Shown one piece after another: positions 21,653 through 29,791 of a stretch of 64,000 nucleotides of DNA (its first letter is position 1; every line of letters begins with the position of its first letter). Below the pieces are notes generated by a model. It saw only the letters and a list, made by a program, of their open reading frames with translations, did no database searches and was not told where the DNA came from. The DNA lies in the NCBI GenBank assembly GCA_042573625.1, contig JBHPCZ010000001.1:12859-76858 (forward strand). The letters run 5' to 3'. A program made the position numbers and the translations under genes. Origin of the DNA: Thermodesulfobacteriota bacterium (GTDB lineage Bacteria; Desulfobacterota; Desulfobacteria; Desulfobacterales; UBA11574).

Positions 21653-21711
21653 TTTAGAAACTTCTTTCTGAAACTATCACTGCGGTACATTTAGATTTGG
21701 AACCTACTGCT

Positions 21712-23907
21712 ATGAAACCGCTCCGGAGATTGCCACAGCCTGCCGACGCCATAATCCAGATTCTTATAGATAAGTCGTTTCTTTTTTTACTCTATAGAAC
21801 TGTTCTGCTTATTGTTTTTACCTTCTCTTTCGCACAGGCCGCCGAAGACCAGCCGGAGATACATCAGATGGAAGAGGTTACGGTAACCGCAACCCGGATG
21901 GAAAGAAAGGCCGTTGAAGTTCCGGCAAGCATTGCCGTTGTCGGGGAAAATGACATAAAAGACACCCGGATGTTTAACCTCAAAGAAGCACTGTTGGGCA
22001 TCCCCGGCGTTCTTATTGACACCCGCAACCAGGGCTACGATTCCCGACTCCTGATTCGGGGGGCCGGATTGAAAGCCAGGTACGGGGTGAGAGACATTAT
22101 GGTTTTGCTCAACGGCGTTCCGATTACTGATCCGGACAGCCTCTCCCGTCTGGATTTTATAGACACCCAGCTGATTCAAAGAATTGAGGTGGCCAAGGGC
22201 CCCAACTCCACCCTGTGGGGCGCTAATGCAGCCGGGGGCGTTATCAACATCATAACCAAAAATCCTCTGGACAGGCAGGGCGGCGTCTTTAAAATCGGTG
22301 CAGGGGACTATAACGCCCAAAATTATCATCTTTCCTATTCCGACGATCTGTCTGAGAACTTTTATTATACGGTAAGCGGAAGCCGCAGGCAGTCGGACAA
22401 TGACTGGCGTCGATGGAATGAGTTTTATACCAACCAGGGGGCTGTCCAGGCCGCTTATGTGTTTGAAGACGAATCTATCCTTGAAAACCACATCAGTTAT
22501 ACCAAAGCTTCACTGCAACTGCCCGGAAAATTGAACCAAACCCAGTTCGATCAGTACCAGCAAACGGGCGAAGCCCATGCGACCGATGGCCCCTGGCAGC
22601 ATTCGGGTAGATATTCTGAAACTTTCTTTTTCAGTTCGAAACTATCCAAAACCGTCGGCACTTTTGATTTCGAGCCCCTTTTATTTATCAACAGGTGGAC
22701 GCACCACCACCCTGTAACCGGAAGAATCAACGATTCCGATACACTCTCCTGCGGCACGGATATCCAGACAAACCTTCGGCATGCTTTCGGAAAAATGAAA
22801 GGGACGCTGACCGCCGGCGTTACCGCCCGGTTTGACAAGCAGGACACGGATTATTTTGAATATGCCGATGTGCTTAAGACCCCCGGCGGGAGAATTACTG
22901 CCACCCTTAGTGATACGCCCGGAAATTTGATCGAGATACAGAATCGCGGTGTCCAGCTTTACGGGGTGTATTTTCAGGAATCGATCCGGCCTTCAGATCG
23001 GTGGATTATCGACCTGGGTGTTCGGTTTGACATCATTGATTTCGATATCGATGGGACAAAAAGGGCCGAATACGACTATAGTACCGGAACGTACGTAGAA
23101 TGTCCGGACGCCGGTCTGACGAATTGCGGAAATTATCAGATCAATAAAACTTTTAACGACTTCAGCCCACGGGTCGGAGCGGTGGTCAAGCTGTCGGAAA
23201 GCACAAATTTGTATGGCAATATTTCCAAGGGCATTCAGACGCCCACCGAAGGAGAGATCAGCGAAAATCCCGATCTGGAACTTGTGGAAGTTGAAAACTA
23301 TGAAGTCGGTGTCAAACTGAGATATCCCGGATGCTCCCTGGAAACGGCCCTGTATTACTCTCCGGTAAAAAATGAAATCGTTAAGGTCGTTCAAGAAGAC
23401 GGCGATACCGAATACAGCAACGCCGGCAGGACCAGAAAAACAGGCTTTGAGCTGACAGGGTCCCTGGAGTTGATACCCCGGTTGACCCTGGGCGCCGCGT
23501 ATTCATTTACGCATTACACGTTCGAAGAATTCACAGAAACCATCAGGGTGGGTGCCTCGACGCAAAATATCGACCGAAGCGGCAACCGGCTGCCGTATAT
23601 CCCCGAGCATCAGTACTCGTTTTTTGCCGCTTACCGACATCCGTCGGGGTTGAAGTTCAAGCTTCAATCCCATACCTGGGGGTCCTATTACACCGACAAC
23701 GCCAATACCGAGAAATACAACGGATATGCTTTTATCACCGGCGTCATGATCGGGTATGAATGGAAAGCATTCAATATTGGACTAAACATTGACAACCTGT
23801 TTGACGAACACTATGCCGTGGAAGTCGAAAAGGACAGCAGCGGAATAAAACGCTATACGCCGGCCGCACCGAGAAGTTTTATACTCCGGGTTTCATACAA
23901 TTTCTGA
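21712..23907 (+). CDS. TonB-dependent outer-membrane receptor
   Basis: Signal peptide ending SFAQA. Plug region (EVTVTATR...VPASIAVV...LLGIPGV...RGAG) and a beta-barrel ending in a C-terminal aromatic residue (RVSYNF). Confidence 0.85.
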   Translation: MKPLRRLPQPADAIIQILIDKSFLFLLYRTVLLIVFTFSFAQAAEDQPEIHQMEEVTVTATRMERKAVEVPASIAVVGENDIKDTRMFNLKEALLGIPGVLIDTRNQGYDSRLLIRGAGLKARYGVRDIMVLLNGVPITDPDSLSRLDFIDTQLIQRIEVAKGPNSTLWGANAAGGVINIITKNPLDRQGGVFKIGAGDYNAQNYHLSYSDDLSENFYYTVSGSRRQSDNDWRRWNEFYTNQGAVQAAYVFEDESILENHISYTKASLQLPGKLNQTQFDQYQQTGEAHATDGPWQHSGRYSETFFFSSKLSKTVGTFDFEPLLFINRWTHHHPVTGRINDSDTLSCGTDIQTNLRHAFGKMKGTLTAGVTARFDKQDTDYFEYADVLKTPGGRITATLSDTPGNLIEIQNRGVQLYGVYFQESIRPSDRWIIDLGVRFDIIDFDIDGTKRAEYDYSTGTYVECPDAGLTNCGNYQINKTFNDFSPRVGAVVKLSESTNLYGNISKGIQTPTEGEISENPDLELVEVENYEVGVKLRYPGCSLETALYYSPVKNEIVKVVQEDGDTEYSNAGRTRKTGFELTGSLELIPRLTLGAAYSFTHYTFEEFTETIRVGASTQNIDRSGNRLPYIPEHQYSFFAAYRHPSGLKFKLQSHTWGSYYTDNANTEKYNGYAFITGVMIGYEWKAFNIGLNIDNLFDEHYAVEVEKDSSGIKRYTPAAPRSFILRVSYNF

Positions 23908-23918
23908 GGCAGACGAAA

Positions 23919-24551
23919 ATGCGCTACCGAAAAATCATCACTCTTGTTGCGGCAGTGGCCATCTCCCTGGCCGCCGCCACATACCGCTTTGGGGATTCAG
24001 CACACAGCATCGGTCTTGTTTCGCTCAAAGGCGGTAAGGTTAGACATCCCTTTGTTCTGAAAGGCGGGCAAAAACATTACAGCCTGATTGGCACCGCAAC
24101 CGTTCTCCCGCCCTATCGGGGCGATGTTCGAATTTCGCTCGAAGGCTGGCCTGAAATTGATCATGATATTTTTTTATCCGGACCGGTGATCGATTTCGAC
24201 CTGCATAAACTTCCGGAGTTACGGGACCGCACTCTTTACGGCCTCAAACCCCAAGACAGGATTGCTCTCTGGGTTCGGATACATCCTCCCGTATTCGACC
24301 CGGTGTGCCGTATGAAGGTCGAAGACGGATTCTTGAAATATCATTACGGATCCCGGCAATATCATTTCTGCTCGAAAGCATGCAGAAATGCTTTTCTAAA
24401 ACAACCTGAAAAATATACCGGCAAAGAAGGTGCCTGCGGGAAATACAACCTTGTTTTTCACGATACCAGATCTGGCGCACCGGTCTTGAATATGCCCGTG
24501 AGGTTCAAGGGAAAGGATAAAATGGATGGAAAAAGCCGGCACTCTCACTGA
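23919..24551 (+). CDS. secreted YHS/TRASH-domain metal-binding protein
   Basis: N-terminal signal/anchor. C-terminal DPVCRMKVEDGFLKYHYGSRQYHFCSKACRNAF matches the YHS (TRASH-like) Cys pattern. Confidence 0.7.
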   Translation: MRYRKIITLVAAVAISLAAATYRFGDSAHSIGLVSLKGGKVRHPFVLKGGQKHYSLIGTATVLPPYRGDVRISLEGWPEIDHDIFLSGPVIDFDLHKLPELRDRTLYGLKPQDRIALWVRIHPPVFDPVCRMKVEDGFLKYHYGSRQYHFCSKACRNAFLKQPEKYTGKEGACGKYNLVFHDTRSGAPVLNMPVRFKGKDKMDGKSRHSH

Positions 24552-25353
24552 AAAAAGTTTTTTTATCCGACATCGATACTGGATCATCGCCTTTTCAGCG
24601 TTGCTGTTTCTTCCACCGCTGTCATTTGTTTTCCAGTTTACCGGGGACAGCAACTTCTGCGGCACCTGGTGCCCAAGGATGTTTTTCGTATGGCGTCGGG
24701 GAATGCCAATTGGCGCTTTTTTAGCCTCTTTTTTAAGGAGCTACATGGGCGTTGCCCTTCTGTTCGGGATTCTGATCAGTACCTTTTTTTACAGCAGATA
24801 CTGGTGCAGCCATCTGTGTCCCATCGGGGGAATTATGGAGCTTGGCAGCACGTTGGTTCCGCGGTTTATAAAAATTAATTTTTCAAAAATTCCAGCCCCC
24901 TATTTCCGATACGGCTACCTGTCAGTCTACTTGATTGCCGCAGCAGCCGGCATCGGCAGCTTGTGCTGCGCTTACTGTAATTTTGCTGCCGTACCGCGGA
25001 TGTTCGGCGCCTTGGTTTCACCGGCGGACGTGACCTACTTTTTGAGAAAGGCCGGGCTGATCAACCTGGGCCTGGTCGTTTTCCTGGGCTTTATGTCCAG
25101 AGGAGGCCGAGCATACTGCAACCTGATCTGTCCAGTGGGTGCTCTGGATGCACTGTCAAACCGGCTGGGCAATCGTTGGGGAAAAAGGGTCAGGATTTCC
25201 GCTGAGATCTGTGACAATTGCGGCCAGTGCGTGGACAACTGTCCGGTATGGGCCATTGAAACCGGTGAAAAGACAAAAATCGATCCACATTCCTGCATCC
25301 CCTGCAGAATTTGTGAAATCTCCTGTCATAAAAATGCTATTGTTTATGAATAG
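24526..25353 (+). CDS. membrane-bound 4Fe-4S protein (NapH/MauN-like polyferredoxin)
   Basis: Several TM segments. Cys motifs CSHLCP and CNLICP, plus a C-terminal 2x[4Fe-4S] ferredoxin (CDNCGQCVDNCP, CIPCRICEISCH). Confidence 0.75.
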   Translation: MEKAGTLTEKSFFIRHRYWIIAFSALLFLPPLSFVFQFTGDSNFCGTWCPRMFFVWRRGMPIGAFLASFLRSYMGVALLFGILISTFFYSRYWCSHLCPIGGIMELGSTLVPRFIKINFSKIPAPYFRYGYLSVYLIAAAAGIGSLCCAYCNFAAVPRMFGALVSPADVTYFLRKAGLINLGLVVFLGFMSRGGRAYCNLICPVGALDALSNRLGNRWGKRVRISAEICDNCGQCVDNCPVWAIETGEKTKIDPHSCIPCRICEISCHKNAIVYE

Positions 25354-25497
25354 TTTTTCAGGAAGATGGAGGTTATGTGCACGTGTTGTTCCAATATCAG
25401 TTCAAGGAAAGTTTTGATAACTGCAATTACGACCAAGTATCAAGTATCAGATTTTTTGGTGATACCAGAATATCATATCACCAAGATGACAGGGATC

Positions 25498-25640
25498 TCT
25501 GAAAGTTAAAATATTTGTGATATTGTTTTCCGATAGGGCGAATCCATTTTGCGGGGTTTGCCTTTTTGATTTTTTGTGGATTACTCGATATGTATAATCG
25601 TGATAGCCCGGCTTCAGGTTGTGTTTATTGTAAGATATGC
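25498..25640 (+). repeat. 3' module, copy A (homologous to 31195-31340)
   Basis: Aligns with copy B across the terminator and about 60 nt beyond it. Shared blocks: TTGTGrTATyGTTTT, GGGCrAATCCATTT, GGGGTTTG, ATATGTA, GGCTTCAG and TTGTAAG. Confidence 0.7.
25537..25575 (+). terminator. rho-independent terminator inside 3' module A
   Basis: GGCGAATCC pairs with GGGTTTGCC (2 G-U pairs) around an 8-nt loop. Followed by TTTTTGATTTTTT. Lies between convergent genes. Confidence 0.6.
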
Positions 25641-25722
25641 CAAATTTGATTTCGGATAGAAACCTTCACTTTTCGGCAATTTAAAGTGTCACCATAGTCT
25701 ATGATCACTATACAAGCCAATT

Positions 25723-26628
25723 TTATTTTTTATATTGTCTACCACCGGAACCACCACCGGGACCGCCACCGAAACCACCACCGGGACCACCACCAAGACT
25801 ATCAATGGGGCTAGCATCGAAGTCGCCTGCCCCTCTTTGATCGTCAGTTTTCCAGGGTTGGGTATGTATATCGGAGCTAAGATTTTCTGCTCTTACCCCA
25901 TGACTGATAGCATGAGAATACTGGTTGGCAAGTTTGACTGGATCAGTGCTCCTGGAATGACTCATAAACGAATGGCGCAGCTGTTTCATTTCCTGGGTGC
26001 TGTATTGCTGATTATGTGCATGACACACTACGTCTTTTGCAATTCTAGATGAAACACCGAGACGGGCCATATCTCTGAGCGATAGAAAACTTTCCTGGGC
26101 AAGCGCTTCTGTGTTGGTTTTCGTTCTCTGTTGTGTTCTGTTCTGCAATCTATTCATGACCTGAACAGCATCCTTGTTGTGTATACCGGCTGTAAATCCC
26201 TCTGCAATAGCCTTCGTAATATCGTGTATACGATCTGTATTTTGCGTAATTTGTCTGGCATGATTATTTGCGATTGAGTAGCGATATCGTGTCCTCTCCA
26301 TTGCTCGAAGCACTAAATCTTGAGGAGCATTTTTGGCAAGACCCTCAAAAGCTTTATTCATAACAGGCTTAACCGGCAAACTTTCTTTTACAGTAGCCAT
26401 CAAGATCTGTTGTGCTCGTATGGTGTTTTGGTTCTGGTAATTGTTTTGTATCATCATTTTAGTCACTTTTACGGCTTCATCTCTATGAATACCAGCATTA
26501 ACCATGGCACGAGTATGGGTTCTGATCTGCTCGTTGGCTATTGTAGATAGTTCACGATCAACTTCATCCCCAAAAGCCAAGGATGCAACAAGGGAAATGC
26601 CGAATATGACAATTAAAAATTTTTTCAT
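25723..26628 (-). CDS. secreted helical protein with a Gly-rich C-terminal tail
   Basis: 301-aa ORF with signal peptide MKKFLIVIFGISLVASLAFG and tail GGGPGGGFGGGPGGGSGGRQYKK. Last gene of the ECF sigma operon. No family recognised. Confidence 0.6.
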   Translation of the reverse strand: MKKFLIVIFGISLVASLAFGDEVDRELSTIANEQIRTHTRAMVNAGIHRDEAVKVTKMMIQNNYQNQNTIRAQQILMATVKESLPVKPVMNKAFEGLAKNAPQDLVLRAMERTRYRYSIANNHARQITQNTDRIHDITKAIAEGFTAGIHNKDAVQVMNRLQNRTQQRTKTNTEALAQESFLSLRDMARLGVSSRIAKDVVCHAHNQQYSTQEMKQLRHSFMSHSRSTDPVKLANQYSHAISHGVRAENLSSDIHTQPWKTDDQRGAGDFDASPIDSLGGGPGGGFGGGPGGGSGGRQYKK

Positions 26629-26682
26629 GATTTCGTCCTATATTAAGGCTTTATTCTTTATAACGTATTTAGGGGTAAAAGG

Positions 26683-27009
26683 TTACATGTCCGGGACAAA
26701 AATACAATTTTCGGAACCAAAATCGTCCTTCTCTTTAAACCGACAGGGCGGTACATACACGATACCGTCTATAATATAAAAGTAAGTAAATTCTAATCCT
26801 GCTGGCATCGTCACCAACCAGGTCTTTGAATCAATTTTTTCTACCTGATGAAGTTGATATCCATCCTCTGAGGATGCAAATGAGACAGTATGTGCTTCCG
26901 GTTTTTCTAGATATATGTGTGTCAAATTTCCTTTAACTTGACAAAAATGGCCTGTACACCCCATTAAGCTCATTGCCAGAAATAAAGTTGCTGTAATAGA
27001 ACGTTTCAT
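26683..27009 (-). CDS. lipoprotein with a CBM48/AMPK-beta GBD-like (E-set) domain
   Basis: Lipobox LMGC. The C-terminus KDDFGSENCIFVP parallels PDDFGGENSIFYV of the adjacent anti-sigma factor. Confidence 0.6.
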   Translation of the reverse strand: MKRSITATLFLAMSLMGCTGHFCQVKGNLTHIYLEKPEAHTVSFASSEDGYQLHQVEKIDSKTWLVTMPAGLEFTYFYIIDGIVYVPPCRFKEKDDFGSENCIFVPDM

Positions 27010-27569
27010 ATTTTGTTCTTTACATAAAATATGGAGTTCTCACCACCAAAATCATCTGGCTCCCGGGTTAGTATCGTTGGATCAGCGAATGGTTGCTGGC
27101 CCTCTATCAAATAGGTAAAGCGATGCTCTCCTTCTTTCAATTCATAGGTGACCTCCCAGTACCCGCTGTTGCCGATTTTTTGCATTGGAACTCGTTCCCA
27201 TTCTGTAAAGCTCCCCGTGATCTCTACCTGGCTGACATTCGGTTTGTAAACTACAAATCGTTTCACTACCGGGCTAGGTATTGGCGACGGTACGGTAAGA
27301 AACAGATAAATAACTGTGGCGGCCAATGCCGATGTAACCAGACCCATCGGCTGAAAAAAGGGACTGAAAAATCTTTTCCAGCTAAAAGGTGTCATCACTT
27401 TAGCGGATGGAATATGTTCGACAACATCACTCTGGATGAGTTTTTCCTGATGCAATAATTCTAATACCTCATCGGTAAAAGATTTATCTTTTTGCATGGT
27501 TTCAATAAAATCAATTTTGTCATCAACGTTCATCTCATTATCAATAAACATGCTGATATTATAATTCAT
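27006..27569 (-). CDS. anti-sigma factor, single TM, extracytoplasmic CBM48-like domain
   Basis: 4-nt overlap with the downstream gene and directly abuts the sigma gene. One TM segment (GLVTSALAATVIYLFLTV). The C-terminal ITGSFTEWERVPM...GYWEV...LKEGEHRFTYLIEG...ADP resembles the AMPK-beta glycogen-binding module. Confidence 0.65.
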   Translation of the reverse strand: MNYNISMFIDNEMNVDDKIDFIETMQKDKSFTDEVLELLHQEKLIQSDVVEHIPSAKVMTPFSWKRFFSPFFQPMGLVTSALAATVIYLFLTVPSPIPSPVVKRFVVYKPNVSQVEITGSFTEWERVPMQKIGNSGYWEVTYELKEGEHRFTYLIEGQQPFADPTILTREPDDFGGENSIFYVKNKI

Positions 27570-28046
27570 TTAATCCTCTCCTGCCTGAAGAATCTCTTTT
27601 AGCCTGATACGGGCTCGGTGAACTTTGACTTTTACATTAGCCTCACTTATTCCGATTATGCTTGCAATTTCCCTATATGATAGATCACTGCTAACCGTTA
27701 GAGCAAGGATGTCTCTTTGGTCTTTATTGAGTTTGTGCATGGCGGACAGCACATTACGATACGACTCCCGCACTAAAGTCAGCTGTTCGGGGTCAATCGT
27801 TGTATCTTCGATGTCGTTTTCTATTTCTTTGTTGTACTTTTTTTTGCGAGCATTGTCCCAGACGGCGTTCCTTGCAATGGTGAACAGCAACGAAACATTT
27901 TGTGTCTGTGGACCATATTTTTCCAGATAACGAGTGAAACTCTCCTGCATTATATCGCTGGATAGCTGATAGTTGCTGGTCAAACGCATCAGATAGCCGA
28001 ACAACTTATCTTTTTGAGTCCAGTAAAATGGACTAAATTTATCCAC
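27570..28046 (-). CDS. ECF-type RNA polymerase sigma factor
   Basis: 158 aa. Region 2 (SSDIMQESFTRYL) and region 4 HTH (LSYREIASIIGISEANVKVKVHRARIRLK). Confidence 0.85.
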   Translation of the reverse strand: MDKFSPFYWTQKDKLFGYLMRLTSNYQLSSDIMQESFTRYLEKYGPQTQNVSLLFTIARNAVWDNARKKKYNKEIENDIEDTTIDPEQLTLVRESYRNVLSAMHKLNKDQRDILALTVSSDLSYREIASIIGISEANVKVKVHRARIRLKEILQAGED

Positions 28047-28055
28047 GATACTTTT

Positions 28056-28083
28056 ATAACGTACGAAACATCAAAAGGTTACA
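28056..28083 (-). promoter_or_regulatory. ECF-type promoter (autoregulatory candidate) TGTAACCTTTT-N11-CGTTAT
   Basis: The minus strand reads TGTAACCTTTTGATGTTTCGTACGTTAT and ends 9 nt before the sigma ATG (28046). It has the same motif and spacing as the plus-strand copy at 28228. Confidence 0.55.
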
Positions 28084-28227
28084 GAATTATTTAATTTCCA
28101 GATAATCTACAGTAAAGCTTATACTCTATAGTATATGTTCTTATCAATTCAATTCTACAGCTGCTTCAACGGTTGTGGCTGCTTTCACCTGCCAACCGAC
28201 CATTTATGTAATTTTTTTTTGATATGT

Positions 28228-28255
28228 TGTAACCTTTTCACACCCCATACGTTAT
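28228..28255 (+). promoter_or_regulatory. ECF-type promoter, divergent twin of 28056-28083
   Basis: TGTAACCTTTTCACACCCCATACGTTAT. The -35-like (GTAACC) and -10-like (CGTTAT) boxes are identical and the offset is the same 22 nt. Confidence 0.55.
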
Positions 28256-28659
28256 CAATTGTTAAAGGGTGAGATGGATTGAGAAAGGTCACATCACCTA
28301 CTTGTTGAAACTGATGCTGAATTTGTTTTAACTTGCTAATTCCCTGCAGCTTGCTGCAGGGAGATTCATTGATGAACTAAAAACATCGAAAGAGAAGTGA
28401 ATAGAACTATTTTTTATGTAAGGAGGTATGAATTAAAAAAGTATAATAAACGCTTAAATTATTCAACACTTAGTCTAATTATTAACAAATATAATGATGT
28501 TATATCAAGGAATCTGGATGCGACTTCGTCAGATAGCCGTTCTTTTTATTTGCTCAATTTATTAGCGAAAGGAGGTGAAAATTAAGGCCGAGGGTGTGGA
28601 AAGATGAAAGATGTCAGAAAATCCAAAATGATTACAACGAATTATATGGAGGTAAAATT

Positions 28660-29073
28660 ATGACGTTTCAATATTCCCAAAAGGTCATTTTTAGTGCTGT
28701 TTGTCTTTTCATGTTGTCTCTAACTGCTTTTTCTTTGGCGCCAAAAGATTGCCACGCTTTTGAGATTACGATTGATGTGGCTCCAAACGTTCTTTCTCTT
28801 CAGAATAATGGCCAGGTGGTGACTGTACATACAGATATTCCTTATGATGATGTTGAGCTTACTAGTGTGCATATAAATGGTGTGCTTATTGATAGCTGGG
28901 AGTCGGATGTTCGTGGCTACTTTGTGGCCAGGTTTGTAATGAACGCGATTAAAAACTTGCCTTTAGTTATCGGCGATTACAATACATTCACGTTAGTTGG
29001 AAAAACTTTTTCGGACGGAGAATTTTCGGGGTCTCAAGATATTCTTGTTGTGGAGAATGATCCGAAGAATTAG
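28660..29073 (+). CDS. secreted hypothetical protein (beta-rich)
   Basis: ATG at 28660 lies 6 nt after GGAGGT. Hydrophobic signal segment VIFSAVCLFMLSLTAFSLA. The ORF-track GTG start at 28594 adds a non-signal extension. Confidence 0.6.
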   Translation: MTFQYSQKVIFSAVCLFMLSLTAFSLAPKDCHAFEITIDVAPNVLSLQNNGQVVTVHTDIPYDDVELTSVHINGVLIDSWESDVRGYFVARFVMNAIKNLPLVIGDYNTFTLVGKTFSDGEFSGSQDILVVENDPKN

Positions 29074-29517
29074 TAACGGTGCCGGTCAAGGATGAAGTGT
29101 GTTCCGAAATAACCTGCTGGGATTAATTGAAATACATCGAAAATTAGATATAACAAAACATTCGAGAGGGACCGGGAACTTACCCAAAGAAAGCGGACAC
29201 CAAAAGCTAACTAACGGAGGGTGTCCAAATGGCAAGAATCAAAGGGCTTCAAAGCCCGTATAAACCGCGTTTATACCAGGAACCCAAAGGTTCATCGATT
29301 TTTCAAACGAACTGGAAATTTACGGATAGATCAACCCGCACCCCATGCGATCAACCAGGTTAATGGGATGCTACTTGAAGGGAAGATCACCGGGAAATGC
29401 CGCGGCTTTTTATCGGCGCCTTTTATCCATTTTTTTGGCTTTAGAATCGACCTTCGGTGATCGTTTCCCGGCCCCTCATTTCCACCGTTCAAAAAACAGC
29501 AATTCAATCAGGAAAGG

Positions 29518-29664
29518 ATGAAAAAACTTTTTTTGATCTTGGTAATCTTTGTATCGTTTACAGCGTTTGCTTTTGCCGGTGGTGACCAAAATCATGGCAG
29601 CAAGGGACAAGGCAGTACAGGTAGTGACGGACAAGGCCAAACAACCCAACAGCGAGGCGATTAA
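29518..29664 (+). CDS. small secreted Gly/Gln-rich peptide (48 aa), below the ORF-track length cutoff
   Basis: Hand translation: MKKLFLILVIFVSFTAFAFAGGDQNHGSKGQGSTGSDGQGQTTQQRGD. SD AGGAAAGG directly upstream. Classic signal peptide. Confidence 0.5.
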   Translation: MKKLFLILVIFVSFTAFAFAGGDQNHGSKGQGSTGSDGQGQTTQQRGD

Positions 29665-29791
29665 ATAATTCACTCAACAAAAAGGGGGATAAATGGAACT
29701 TGTGACGACGCCACTTCTTGAAAAATGGAAGGTGGAAAGTGCTGAGTTTCTGTGTGTACTGCCGTAAAAACAGGATTAGGGTTTCTTTTTT

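Noticed and set aside
21375-21711. Riboswitch (for example cobalamin) or Fur box upstream of the TonB-dependent receptor
   Set aside because: I could not find a B12-box-like core or a Fur-type 19-bp palindrome. The conserved sequence lies upstream of the -35 box, so it is unlikely to be a leader RNA. An Rfam scan would be needed to exclude this formally.
25375-25509. 44-aa ORF MCTCCSNISSRKVL... after the 4Fe-4S gene
   Set aside because: GGAGG lies only 2 nt from the ATG, which is poor spacing. The ORF runs into the conserved 3' module and there is no supporting motif beyond the N-terminal Cys cluster.
29221-29460. 79-aa GTG-initiated ORF (and a 33-aa ATG ORF at 29228) in the spacer after the 28660 gene
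   Set aside because: No recognisable motif, a basic low-complexity sequence and no conservation argument available. Left unannotated.
29476-29673. 65-aa minus-strand ORF from the track
   Set aside because: The plus strand at the same place encodes a 48-aa peptide with an SD and a textbook signal peptide (29518-29664). The minus ORF has neither and looks like its shadow.
29662-29721. Stop-codon readthrough or frameshift that would append ...GTCDDATS to the Gly-rich peptides
   Set aside because: The frame relationship differs between the two copies (in-frame after TAA at 29662, +1 at 31169) and no slippery site or recoding signal is evident. Kept only as one hypothesis under the 30-nt box finding.
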